Notes: generated by a model from the sequence alone, not told the origin. 62,456 nucleotides of DNA, filler included, from 11 parts of 11 records of this genome joined end to end with filler, not necessarily neighbours in it; one strand, 5' to 3'; shown: positions 44,001-56,167, numbered from the whole stretch's first letter. Made by a program: numbers and translations.

Positions 44001-47000
44001 CGATGGCTCGACTGAATCTAGATGTCACCATGTTGAGCTCGTCTCACTCGGATGATAATGCGAGTACAGTGGATCCAAACGGCAACGCCGACACAGCACA
44101 GCATCAAGGAGACTCAGATGACATGGAGGATCCAAATGCAGGTGTGGACTCGGCCGAAAGAGTAGAGCCAAATGTCGCTCTCAGTCTTTTCTCTGAGAAC
44201 CATCCATTTCGCCAGCTCATGATCAGGCTGGTGGAATCTGACGGCTTCGACAAAGTTATTGTGTTATGCATTGCACTAAGTGGTATGCATATTGCTCTCG
44301 AAGGACCAGACACGTACGAAACCTCGGGGCTTCCTGACTGGTTTCAAGCTGCAATGGCGGTGCTTGACGGGGTCCTATTCATTACTTTTTGGGTAGAGCT
44401 GCTGTGCAAGCTCATCGCGTATGGCTTCTGGAAACATCCAGACTCCTATCTGAAGCGGTCAAATTCAAACTTACTCGACTTTACAGTGGTACTGGCAACA
44501 AGTGTCGACGTGGTGCTCGCACTGATGGGTTTTTCCAGTTCGGCAAAGTTGTTTCGATTGCTGCGAGTGCTGCGGTTGGTGCGTTTGTTGCTGATTATCG
44601 ATGGAATGCAGGTAATCTTATACACGCTGTTGAAGGCTTTGCCATCGGTGTCAGCAATCTTGGCTTTGCAAGCTTCCACCTTCTTGGTTTTTGGGATCCT
44701 TGGAATCAACATGTTTTCTGGGCAGTACTACCGATGCGTAGAAGATATCAAGCTGGATCGTGTGCAATGTGAAGCGTCGGCACTGACGTGGAAGCAATAC
44801 GAGTTCAATTTCGATGATATATTTGAAGCAATGGCATCTCTCTTTGTGTGCATGACAATTGAAGGGTGGGTACAAGTGATGCGAATCGGCATGGACACAC
44901 CCTCCGGGAGCTGTGTGGACTGTGCACCGGTGCCAGACTACAGCGCCAGTGTCGCGTTTGCGTATTTCTCCAGTTTTATGGTGGTAAACGCATTCATGCT
45001 GGACAAGCTCTTTGTTGGACTTTTAGTGGACTTTTTCCAGCAGGAGAGCGGGTCTGCACTTATGACGTCTGAACAAAAGAACTGGCGGTTTATGGAGGTG
45101 ATGGCAATGCACATCGTCGACGTCGACCGCAGACCGCCAACAAACAGCAGGTGGCGAGAGGAGTGCTTCAGTCTGGCTCAATCAAGCACGTTTACATCCT
45201 TGGTCAACGTTTTCATCTTGCTCGATGTGACATCAGTGGTTGTTGGCGACAATGAGAACGTGCCTCAGATGCTGACCGATATTTTTTGGGTTGTAAATGA
45301 GACCACAATGGTAGTTTACACCTATGAGGCACTCGTTAGAATTGGCGCATACAGCTGGAGTGGGTACATATCGACTGACAAAACGCCATTTGTGATTGTA
45401 CTCATCATGTGGCTCATGACAATTCATTACAAGCTCAAGCAATTTGACTCATTTGACCCTGCTGGCTACTTCGACTGGATTCAAGGGCTCTCATTTGTTA
45501 TGATCTTACGGATGACCCGCCTCCTGTCTGCTTCCACGCAGATCCGAAAGCTGCTGAAACTACTTTGGATATCGATGCCGCAAGTTCTGAATCTGGTCAC
45601 AATCATGGTTCTCCAGTTTTTCATTTTCGGCATCTTGGGCATGAAATTGTACTTACTCCATTTATGCAGAATGCGTGCACCAAACGAGTCAATTTCGCAC
45701 TGTTGCGCACCCACTAACAGCACGCTGTGCATGATTTATGTCCGTAGGTACGGTCAGGTTCCTCTTGATGGGACAGATATCAAGACGCACGAACTGAACG
45801 AGTACAGCAACTTTCGTTCAGTTCCCTCCGCAATGATGCTTATGTTTCAGGTGGCCACAGGGCAGCCAATTCTAAAAATTGTTGAAGAGATCAAGTCTAC
45901 TGTCGGTGGCCACCCGTTTGTGTTCTTCGCTACATTCTACATCTTCTGTAATATGGTTCTACTGAACCTGTTCACCGCGTTGTTGATGGACAACCTCGAT
46001 CTGATGGGTGCAAGCGACTTTGGCATTACGGATGATGATGTTAGATGGTTCCACAAACGCTGGCATGACTTCGGGCTGTACGTATCCGATGAAATTGAGA
46101 TGAAGGATCTCAGAGGATTTGTCGCCGGTATTGGGCGGTCGTTTGGCGTAGTGACTGCCGCAGACAGGCACTGGTACAAGCGACTGTTGCTCGACCTGGA
46201 CGTGCCGCCGGACGAGATGGACGGCACTTCCACCCGCTCATTCAGTTTTCACCGGGTTCTGCTGTGCCTCTGTCATCTGCGGTTCAATTCAGCCTGTTTG
46301 CCGTACGAGCAGGAGGTCGCCGAGGCTGCTAAGTCTGCACATATGGCAAAAGAGCACGGTGCACGTGTGATAATGATCTTCTGGCGTGCGTATCAATCAA
46401 AACGGAACATGCCAGATGATTTGCAGGCAAGTGAACCCTCGTGGAAGCTGGCTGTGGAGTGCGCGCGGATGCTGTCGTTGGATACTGTCAACCGTGTCTT
46501 TAAATTGAGCAACATCGAAGTGGTGGAGAAGAAAACAAGCAATCTTGCGACTGCAATGGAACTGATGTCAGGATGGTCCGGGCCTGAGATTGAGGGCGAA
46601 GAAGACGGCAAGGTACAGTTGGACGAGCTGGGCGATGAGCACCTCGAAAAACTGGCAGAGGGTGACGCAGAAGCACACGAAATGTTACTTGCACGCATGG
46701 AAGAGATTCACCAACAGCGGATCAAGGTGTCCGGGGGTATTGGGACGTGGTGCGTTGGTGGAAAACTAGTTGGCAAGCCCTTTGAAATCGCGCAAAAGTT
46801 CGTTCTGTCCTTGGTCCTACCAGTTGTGGTGTACGCACTCTTCTACGTTCTCATCCAGATCATCGGGGAGCATCACATGTAAGAGATCACGGATACTCCT
46901 TGCCGTGCTCATAAACGACTCAATGGAGTGGAATGGTTCTAACACAAGTGATCTCTGTCTGCTGCTGTTGCCTCTGCTTGTGGACGCAGGAATGTGTTCA

Positions 47001-50000
47001 GTCCAGCGTTCTTAATCCTTGTCATATTTCCCACGGCGAGTTACATTGGATGCTGCTATATCGTTGCACAGTACTTCTTAGTGCCGTCTTTATTCTCCGC
47101 GCGGCGACAAATGCTAATGTTCAGTTCGTGGGCTGGGATAGCGAACTATGGCGCGATTCTTTACGGGCTCACAGACGAAGGGCGACAGTACTGCCAGTAT
47201 CTAGCAGTGCTCAATAATTCGGCGTACGTAACACAAATGTCCTGGCAGGTCACAGCAACGTACACTGCATTCAGATTTGTAGCGCTTGACAAGTTGCGGG
47301 TGAAAGGACCATGGCGGGTGCTGTTGCACGTTTTCAATTGGGGGGGAGGTTTTTTAATGACCCTCGGTCTGTTCCATCTGAAGCGCGAGGCTTTCCATGA
47401 AAGCCTAGACGAACTGAACGGTCTCGGCTGGTGCGGAGTGAGGGGTGATCCAGAATTCATGTACTGGAAGCTGTTCTTCATCCTCATTCCACAGCTGATA
47501 GGCGTCTCGGTCTACGCATTCTGCTTTTCGTACATTATTGATGTGGTTGACCCACCTGAGACAACAGTGATGCGGCGGTCAGCAGACGATTCACGCGTCA
47601 GTACGAGTCATCATGAAGACCTGCTACACGCTAGCACTGCCAAGCAAGCAGTGGCAATGGCTCGTGCTGCAGATCGTATCAAGCTGTACTTGACAGGGTT
47701 CATGCTTAGCTATCTGACAAACACGCTTCTGACCATTTTCTTGGAGCGGGAGAAGAGAGACGATGAATGGACGACATTTGACTACTTAATCTGTGCGGCT
47801 GTTGTGACACCGCAGCAGGCATTATACGCTCGCGTTTTCAATAGTGGTGGCAACAGCGGTATTGTGTCTAGTCTGGCAAGCTTCCACAAATCATCGATGG
47901 TTTCAACGTCTGGTTCAGTGGTGTCTAGCATCAACAGCATGGCAACGTCGTATAGATGGGTGCAGGTGCTGCAGGCGAGCGTGGTAGGGCAGACAGTGAC
48001 AGTCCAGGTAAAATCTTCAGTCACTTTAGCCACATCTGCTTTCGAAGGGACTTTACATGAGGCGAGTCGGAAGACAAACCAGGCGGTACAAGCTAAACCG
48101 AAGAACCCCTGGGCAGATCACACGGCTGTTGTGTTCGTGATGTCTTACGTGCGGATGGTCTTCCAGTGGGTGTTCAACATTTGGCAGGCATGTGTGATGG
48201 TCCCTGTTTCTCTGTGGGTCTGGACTCCAATTGAGTTCATCAAGGAAAATTTTTCAACCGAGCCTATCAAGGTAATGGCGTCACTGCTTGCATACGGTCT
48301 CTTCTTGCTGGTGCCAATTTTCTACTTCAGGACAAATGAAGGAGAGGATGGCAGCTTTGCCAATACCACCATTTTCGAGCCCGTCCAGCAGGAGGATCTG
48401 TGGGACAGACGCGCAAATGGCCCTGTCGGCGTATTCAGCTACATGGTAACGATCTTCCTCATTGGTATCGCTGGTATGTACGTCAACCGGTTTAGTTTTC
48501 ACTTGCTCGTCATTGACGGACCGCGCGATACCATGCGCATGACCAAGAAGAATGGCCTTGGAGTGTACACCCTGGCAGTGGAGTGGATGCAGGTAGCCAT
48601 GATTGCCGTCACCGCATGTGGGCTTGTGCAACGATACCGTAACAGCACTTCAGACAACTCTGAAGACGAGCTTTCGCTTCGACAGCTGATCATTGGGCTT
48701 ATTCTGGACAACGTCTTCTACATGCAATACTGGGCATCCTTGTTCGCAGTCGTGGTCTGGGCGTCCTGTTATGCAGGACCTAACATCGTGGAGAAGCTCT
48801 ACTCGCGGAAACGAGCGAAAGCGTTGCAGCGCAAATTTGGTGTGATCTATGTCGTGCTGTCGGGACCTGGGTTCTTGACAATCATGAAGTCGTTGATGAA
48901 ACCGTTATTCTGTACCTACTCTGGATCAGATATCCAAAGCAGTGTAGTTCTGAAATTCTATTTTGTGTCCATTCTCGTTCTAAACCGCGCATGTGCTGGC
49001 TGTGGCAGGCATCTATGATCCAACTTCATATGCATTCCCAGTTGCAATCGCTGACAAGGACCTTCAGTGCTGGACTCAGGAGCACCTGAACATTGTCTGG
49101 CCTGCACTTTGTGCTCTGTGCGTCTACTTCCCGTCTGCAACTCTTACAACGGCGATTAAGTACTCGCCGGAAGAGGATATTCGATATGTGTTCTTGTACA
49201 ATCGCTTGGAGTTGATTACGAAAGGTCTAATGCTGTTCTTGTCCTTGAGCTATGCAAATGAGCCCATAATTGGACTCTTCTGCCTACTGCTTGGATCGTG
49301 CGTCGTCATCATGGCGCTCCACTACATGAGACCGAGTTGTCAAAAGCTTGCAATGCGATGGAAGTATTTCGTACACTGCAGTAATATCTGGACGTGCTTG
49401 ACATGTATCGGTGCACTGCACTTTCAGATTGATCACACCAACTGGCAGTACCACTTGCAAGCAGCCGGTGCCGGGTGGGGAGCAATCTTCATATTATGGA
49501 GCTTGAATATCTGGCGCAACGAACAGCAGGACGTAATGAACGCACCGGTAGACGAGCCGACAACTAGTGCGCGCGCATGCAGGGAGATTGATCAGCTGCG
49601 GCACGATATCGGTTATGTAACTGGGCCACCAGCGTGGGGCAAGCACGCCTTGATCCTTCGTTTGCTTGAGTTTGCGGCACACGAAAGTTTGACTGTTCGA
49701 GTTCGCGCGTTTGAGTCGCTGGCTGTGCTGTCATATTGGGACCACATCACGTCGGAGGCATTCTTCATTGAGATGACGCCAAACACAGCAATGCTGCTGG
49801 TGATCAATGCCATTACCACAGAGCAAGACCAAACTCTCCTCATCTTTGCAATTCGCGTTCTTGGTGCCTTTGTTCGTGCAGAGCTGCACATCAAAGAGCT
49901 AAGCAGATTTATAGAACAGGACAATGGCGTGAACTTACCACAGAGCATTGCCAAGCTGGCGTGTTCTACATGTCGCCGTGAGTCACAAGTGGACTGCATG

Positions 50001-51655
50001 CAGACTATCTTGGCAATCACGTACGTGGACAGCAACACACTCGATGCTGTCGCAGAGCACTGCATACCAATGCTCGCAGAATGGGCACAGAAGGGCTCGC
50101 TCATTGAGCAGCATCTTGCAGCTGAGATATTCATGCTGATCTCTGGTCGCTTTGACCATACATCCGAGCTGATCGCACAAGGAGCGCTGCCAAAACTGGT
50201 GTCTCTGTTCATGTCGGTCGATGACATCGAGGTTAACCCTAAGTCTCTCAAGGTAAACAGATCCACTGGTTTCAGGTCTGGCTGTTTACAGCCAGAACGT
50301 GCGGTGGTGATGGCGCATCAGGTGCCACACAATTTGCGCCAAGCTTTCCAGCGGATTTACCCACGTGTGAAGCACATTTACCACGAAAAGGATGATGAGT
50401 CGTACGAGCAAACTGCGCACAGGGCAGACCGGCGGGAGTGGGGTGCCTGGGTAAACTCTGGTATGCCGCTGGCGATAGAAATCAAACAAAAACTGACGGC
50501 GCGGGAATTCGAAGGTGTCTCGAGGGTCAAGTCTGCGGGAGTAACGCGCCAGCATTTGAACGAACTGTTCGATATCATGTACAATGGTAGCGATGCTGGC
50601 TCGTCGAATCTCACTGAGGGGACACTGGATGGTAGGACAATAGCCACGTTTCTTTCTGGCTATGGTCTGGGTGACACAGATGATATTGAGAAGGTCTTAT
50701 ATGACACTGGTATCTACCAGCATGGTATCGGCGAAGTTGATGACAACGACATGCAAGAAGAACTGCCACGGGAGCTGTTTTGCCGCTGGTTGCTCATGTC
50801 TATGCCCGACACGGATGCTTTGATGCAGGGCCAGGAAGTTGACATGGGCTCTCTCGCACTCCGTGTTCTGCAAGAGTGCATGCCACACTCACGCGATGCT
50901 GATTGTGACACTACTCTGCTGAAGCGTGATGTAGAAAGCTTTTACGATGAGATGCAGAGCGCATGCTCCACTGGGGAGAACCCTGAAGCCAAGGAGATAG
51001 TACTGTGTATAAGCCACGTTGCTCGATATCTCGTGGAGAGCAAACAGTTGGGCATTGGTACGTGTGATGAGGTGGAGAGTGCCATGACGATTGAAATCAC
51101 CGCAGGCGAGGCTGATGTTGACGCGCATGTGCAGCTCAGTACATTGCAGCTCCAAATTATGAAGGACGAGATTACCAAAGCGACAGTCCACACATTGACA
51201 GAGATAGCCATGGCTCAGGGTGCGCAAGGACGCGCAGATATGGTTGATGGTGGTGTCCTTGTAATTATTTCGCGATGTTTCAAGCTGTTCAAGCCACCGG
51301 AAGTGCACGCCCTCGCCTTGAATATGCTACACGCACTCATGAACGGCCGCTTTTCTGAGAAAGATATAGCTCACGATGCCGACCTGATTGGCTTCTTCAG
51401 CGAGATCAACGAGTACAAGGCGCAGCTAGAACGGGATGAGAATGCGTCGCCACTTTTGAGATTCGAAGGGCTCACTGCGCTTGAGCGTCGAAAAGCACAC
51501 ATGATGGCAGCTTTCCTTGGCATGTACCATCGATCGATCGGTTCTCCCGTCAACCGCAAGGTGATTGTCTCGCAGATGCCTATCACCGAGGACATAATTT
51601 GGCAGGTCGTTCGTGCGGATACAGACGATGACGAGGTCGATGACGAGGTCGATGA
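41099..51655 (+). CDS. Giant fusion protein: 4 EF-hands + four-domain voltage-gated cation channel + IQ + cAMP-receptor-like 7TM + second TM bundle + ARM-like repeats + R3H; 4 exons, more than 3416 aa, 3-prime partial
   Basis: Exons 41099-45648, 45748-46878, 46990-48911 and 49009-51655 splice in frame through GT-AG introns of 99, 111 and 97 bp. Four S4/pore repeats have P-loops TLDEW, TGDDW, TIEGW and TGQPI. The channel identity is near certain; fusion across the introns is predicted. The start may be at 41156 or 41174. Confidence 0.85.
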
Positions 51656-51974
51656 NNNNNNNNNNNNNNNNNNNNNNNNNNNNNNNNNNNNNNNNNNNNT
51701 TAATTAATTAANNNNNNNNNNNNNNNNNNNNNNNNNNNNNNNNNNNNNNNNNNNNATTCGCATCTCTTCTGCCGAAGGGTTAACTCTAATTGAATAAACG
51801 AGGGTGGATTATCAGGTGTGCACGAACAGGTCAGTGAGGTCATGAGAACACCGGTGCGAGCGGCGACGGTGGGCGCGGGGCGGAGGCAGCTGGGCAGCTG
51901 GACGGGAAGCCGGGCACGCAAGGCTGCTGGCACGCAAGGCTGCCGAGGGGGGTGGTCGGCCCGCAGCTGGCGAG

Positions 51975-54190
51975 ATGTCCGGGGTACGCGCCGGTGCACA
52001 GCTGGACGGCCTTGCGTGTGGTTTGGTGTGTGTGCGTGTGCTGACTCTCGGATCGTGTGCAGTGTGACCTCTCGCAGCTGGAGGACGCGGTGGAGCAATG
52101 CGCAGAGCTTATGGGCGGCAGCACGAGCTGCGAGGAGCTGGGGGAGGGTATAGTGGAGGAATCAGCGGTGCGTGGCGCGCGTGCTCTACCTGTGCCAGTG
52201 GCGAAGCTGCTGTGCGGTGCATTTGGATGTATCAAATGTTGCCGTGCCACAGGCGCTTGCTCATCCACTCACGTGCTCGCTCACGTGCAACAGGAGGCCC
52301 TGGAGGAGGAGGCGATCTTGCTGCACTACGGCTTCTTTCTCATGACACTGATGTTGACGCTTGGGGTACGTGCTGGTGTTCAGACATGCACCTCGATCCC
52401 TTCGATGCGTGCGACTGACATTGCTGTGCTCGCGAACACGCCGCGTGCAGTTTCTCGGCGGATACGTCTTGGAGAAAAAGCACTTCACGTACATCCACGA
52501 GGCTGGCGGCCACCTACTTATTGGGGTGTTCTGTGGGCTGGTCCTAAACCTTCAGTTCGGTCACTCGCACGAGAGCAAGACAGAGCGGCAGCACGAAATG
52601 ATCAATGTTGCGCGATTCGATACAGAATTCTTCTTCCTGTTGCTGCTCCCACCTATCATCTTTGAGGCTGGGTACAACATGCAGCGTCGCAAGTTTTTCT
52701 CCAACATCGGCGCAATCTGTATGTATGCTTTTGTGGGCACCTCCATTTCAACCATCCTCATCGCCGGGACTGTGTATCTCTTCAGCCAAGCATCTGGAAA
52801 GGACGGTGTCTTCGCAGCTACCTCAGACGGAGAACCGTTCAATGGACTCGAGTCACTGATATTTGGTGCTCTGATTTCAGCCACAGACCCTGTGACGGTT
52901 CTGGCGGTGTTTGGCGCCATGGGTGCCGACTTGAACCTCTTCAGCTTGGTATTCGGCGAGAGTGTGATGAACGATGCTGTTGCTATCGTGCTGTACAAAG
53001 CCCTCGATGGCTTCAACCCGTCCAGGTGTGGAGATTCTTGTGAGGTGACGGGCTCGTCCATCACGGCCGCTTTCGCGAACTTCATCTACATTTTTGTCGG
53101 CTCGGTTGTTGTAGGGACCGCGATTGGGCTCATTTCAGCGCTTCTATACAAACATGCAACGATGTACGAGGAGGATTTTGAGCATATCGAGATGATTCTC
53201 TTGGTGTTGTTTCCGTACATGTCATGGATGATGGCGGAGGCCTTGCAGCTCAGTGGCATTGTTTCTATTCTGTTCTGCGGTATTCTGATGGCACATTACA
53301 CTACGCACAACCTGTCGCCGGAAACAGAACTGTTCTCGCGGCGCTTCTTCAAGACCATGGCATTCGGATGCGAGTCTTTCGTTTTCATCTACATGGGCCT
53401 GGCAACATTCACCTACGAGCAAGACTGGGACCATTGGCCTATCATCGTCGTGGCCATTATTGCAATTTTGGTGTCGCGCGTGTTCAACGTCTACCCGAAT
53501 AGCTATATGGTCAATCTGTATCGCTCAGAAGAGAAGAAGGTTCCTATGTCTTTTCAGCACATCATGTGGTTTTCGGGCCTCCGTGGCGCAATTGCTTTTG
53601 CACTGGGCCTTGAGGCGGCAGAAGGATATGCGGTTCGGGCTGATACTGACTCGCCGGGCGCAGGGCTGTGTATACTCACCATGACGTTGAGCATCGTTAT
53701 ATTTACGGTATTGGCGATGGGCGGGTCTGTGTACACGGTGCTGAACTACTTTGATACTCCAGAATGCTCAGTGTTTGAGGGGCCGCCGGCTGTCGAGAGC
53801 GCAGATGATGGAGGGAAGTCTGCTGCTGACGACAGCAAGGCGCTTGGGTTTGACCGTAAATGGTTTAAGCCATTTTTCACGTGGCGATACCAGGACGAGA
53901 CGAAGACTACTGCATCAGAGAGGTGTGTCACATCCCCTGTTAGCGTGGCTCGTCTTTCTCGTCTACATGGCGTGAAAACACCTTCCCTCCTGCTCGATTT
54001 TTCGTGTCCACTTGATCATGCAGTACACTGTGTACATTGCAGGGATCCACGCTGGTCGTCAACAAATAAATCCGGTGATATTAACCGCAGCCATAGTCAC
54101 GGCAAACCGGAAGCAACGGCGCGCCCTGTCGGTGATGGAAACCCCGAGTCTGAGGGCGAGACGCAAAGCCTCCTTACGACAAGTGTCTGA
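51975..54190 (+). CDS. Na+/H+ exchanger, CPA1 family (NHE8/NHX-like); 5 exons
   Basis: Motifs FFFLLLLPPIIFEAGY, FGALISATDPVTVL, VFGESVMNDAVAIVL and WFSGLRGAIAFAL. Predicted exons 51975-51983, 52063-52167, 52294-52365, 52451-53922 and 54043-54190 are all in phase. Confidence 0.93.
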
Positions 54191-54412
54191 TCGTGATCGA
54201 CCGCATGATTTGCCTCGACCTCATGCAATTGGCTCGAAGTCTGGACTCCCGCACCTTAAATCGACTCCGTATTTTCATCGCGTGTTCGTGACGCAATCAC
54301 TATGGTGCAACACCTACCTACTAGTAAATAAACGTGATCGCATAGCTGTTTCACCGTGTTAAATGACCAAGCATAACTGTGGTCCGATGTGTCCCCATTA
54401 GGCACACGCATG

Positions 54413-56167
54413 TTAAGAGCGGCTCTGGAGCTGCCTGCTCAAGTCATTTTCTAGAGAGCTTTCCGTCGAGCCTAATATCGAGCTTGCCGTCCTAAGTGCT
54501 TGCTGCAGGCGCACTTCTGCCTGCTGCCATCTCCCACTAATGGTGTGCAATTGCAACGACTTCCCGTCCATCAACGGTGTGGAGGTTTCAGATTCGAGTC
54601 TAGTAGCCGCTGCGGCAGCACCATAGGCAGGTACTCGCCATCCACCCCTACTTGCACTGCTACTCCCAGCTGCACTGGTAACATCACCAGTTCCGCTTCC
54701 ACTGTGCGCGAAATTAGCTGTATCTGCTGTACCATTGTCAGCGCGGGCAGCCAATGGATTTTCTACATCTTCGGCATGCAGCTCGCCCAAGACATCGGTC
54801 ACCATCATACAGTGCGGTAAGGCCGATATCGTGATGCCAGCTTGCAAGGCGGCATTCGTTCTGCTTGCAGCTTGTGGTGCTGCGGTCTCCGCGACGTGTG
54901 TGTGTGTTTCGTCAATGAAATTTGCAGCGTGGGTATCAACGTGCTTGCCTGTGTGCTTCCCTCTACCTTTCGGCGGGCGATGAGATGCCTTTTCACGAAG
55001 CGTGTCAGTGATTTTAGTTCCCACGGTGAGCATCTCGGCAGCTGATTCACATTTTCCCAAGCGTTCACGCTCCTCCACCACAAACATGATTACCTCGTGT
55101 GGACTCACTGCCAAGCACTCGACACTACCACAATCAGTGCCAGATAAAATGACAGCCCCTTCCCGGTATGCCGGTGGATGGTGGCTCTGCTGCAGTACCA
55201 CGCTGCACCTTACTGCATAGCCAACAGTTGGACCACTCATATGGTCTGACCTATGTTCACCAGCTGCGGTGATGCTCACCTCACACTCACTCAGGCATGC
55301 AGCCAGGCACGCATGAGGCCCACCAGTTAGGGCAATTTCTGGGGCCTGTGAAACCAGCTCGGCACAATGTGCCTGCCGGTTCTGCCCCAATTGACCACGG
55401 ACTCGCCGCTGCGACGGTGGACCCCCAGCCATGCTTGCCTGTGCAGCAGCTGCACCGCATAATATCCCCACCAGCAAGAATCGCTCTATGCATTCGGATG
55501 GCACCGCGACGTACCCTTCTGCTCGCCAAGAACGTAGGCTGCCGTCTTCGGCTTGGCATGAGGCGACCAATGACCTTTCTAGTGTCAGGTTCGTCACGTT
55601 CCACCGCTCGGTAACCACTGCTGCCTTAGCCACTTGACTGCGACCCGAATGGATGATTGTGGGAATTGGAACAGCAATCGAGCGTGACACCGCACCTCCG
55701 CGTCCAATGATATCCAATGGCAGTAGCAGTGAGTGTGGCAGCAGCCGTATTCCGGCCTCCTCTTCGCCGAACAGTGCCAGCAGCTGCAGTCGCTTCCGCG
55801 CAGCTCCTACCAGCAGTCGCCGCCTGAATTTTGCTGCCTCGCGCTCTGTCTTTCGTTCATTTTCGCGTAGCTCTTCGCACAACAACGAGTGCATATAGAG
55901 CAGCTCACCACGGACGTCCTGTTCAAGTGCCAAGATCTGGTCACTAAGCAGCTGTGCAACTCGAGTCGCCTCGGCAGCCTCGCCCGCCAGCGACTGCGCG
56001 GCTCGCAGGCGCTGCAGCTTCGTTTCGAGCGGCCATGAACTGTGTCCACCCTCTGAGATGAGTGCGCGCTGGCGCGACAACGCAGCGCGTTGGCGGCGTA
56101 CGCTGGCTAGGGCGACTGCCAACGGCGCTGGCGTGCCGCCGGTCGCAGACCCGGGGTGTGATGCCAT
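54413..56167 (-). CDS. Hypothetical protein with N-terminal coiled coil
   Basis: Single long ORF with ATG at 56167, convergent with the exchanger gene; no family recognised. Confidence 0.6.
   Translation of the reverse strand: MASHPGSATGGTPAPLAVALASVRRQRAALSRQRALISEGGHSSWPLETKLQRLRAAQSLAGEAAEATRVAQLLSDQILALEQDVRGELLYMHSLLCEELRENERKTEREAAKFRRRLLVGAARKRLQLLALFGEEEAGIRLLPHSLLLPLDIIGRGGAVSRSIAVPIPTIIHSGRSQVAKAAVVTERWNVTNLTLERSLVASCQAEDGSLRSWRAEGYVAVPSECIERFLLVGILCGAAAAQASMAGGPPSQRRVRGQLGQNRQAHCAELVSQAPEIALTGGPHACLAACLSECEVSITAAGEHRSDHMSGPTVGYAVRCSVVLQQSHHPPAYREGAVILSGTDCGSVECLAVSPHEVIMFVVEERERLGKCESAAEMLTVGTKITDTLREKASHRPPKGRGKHTGKHVDTHAANFIDETHTHVAETAAPQAASRTNAALQAGITISALPHCMMVTDVLGELHAEDVENPLAARADNGTADTANFAHSGSGTGDVTSAAGSSSASRGGWRVPAYGAAAAATRLESETSTPLMDGKSLQLHTISGRWQQAEVRLQQALRTASSILGSTESSLENDLSRQLQSRS

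Noticed and set aside
46880-46882. Stop-codon readthrough or frameshifting to link the channel and the 7TM
   Set aside because: The TAA lies inside a GTAAGA splice donor, so ordinary splicing is the simpler explanation.
33147-54190. An ion-homeostasis cluster (CCX, channel, NHE)
   Set aside because: Three separate contigs with no linkage evidence.
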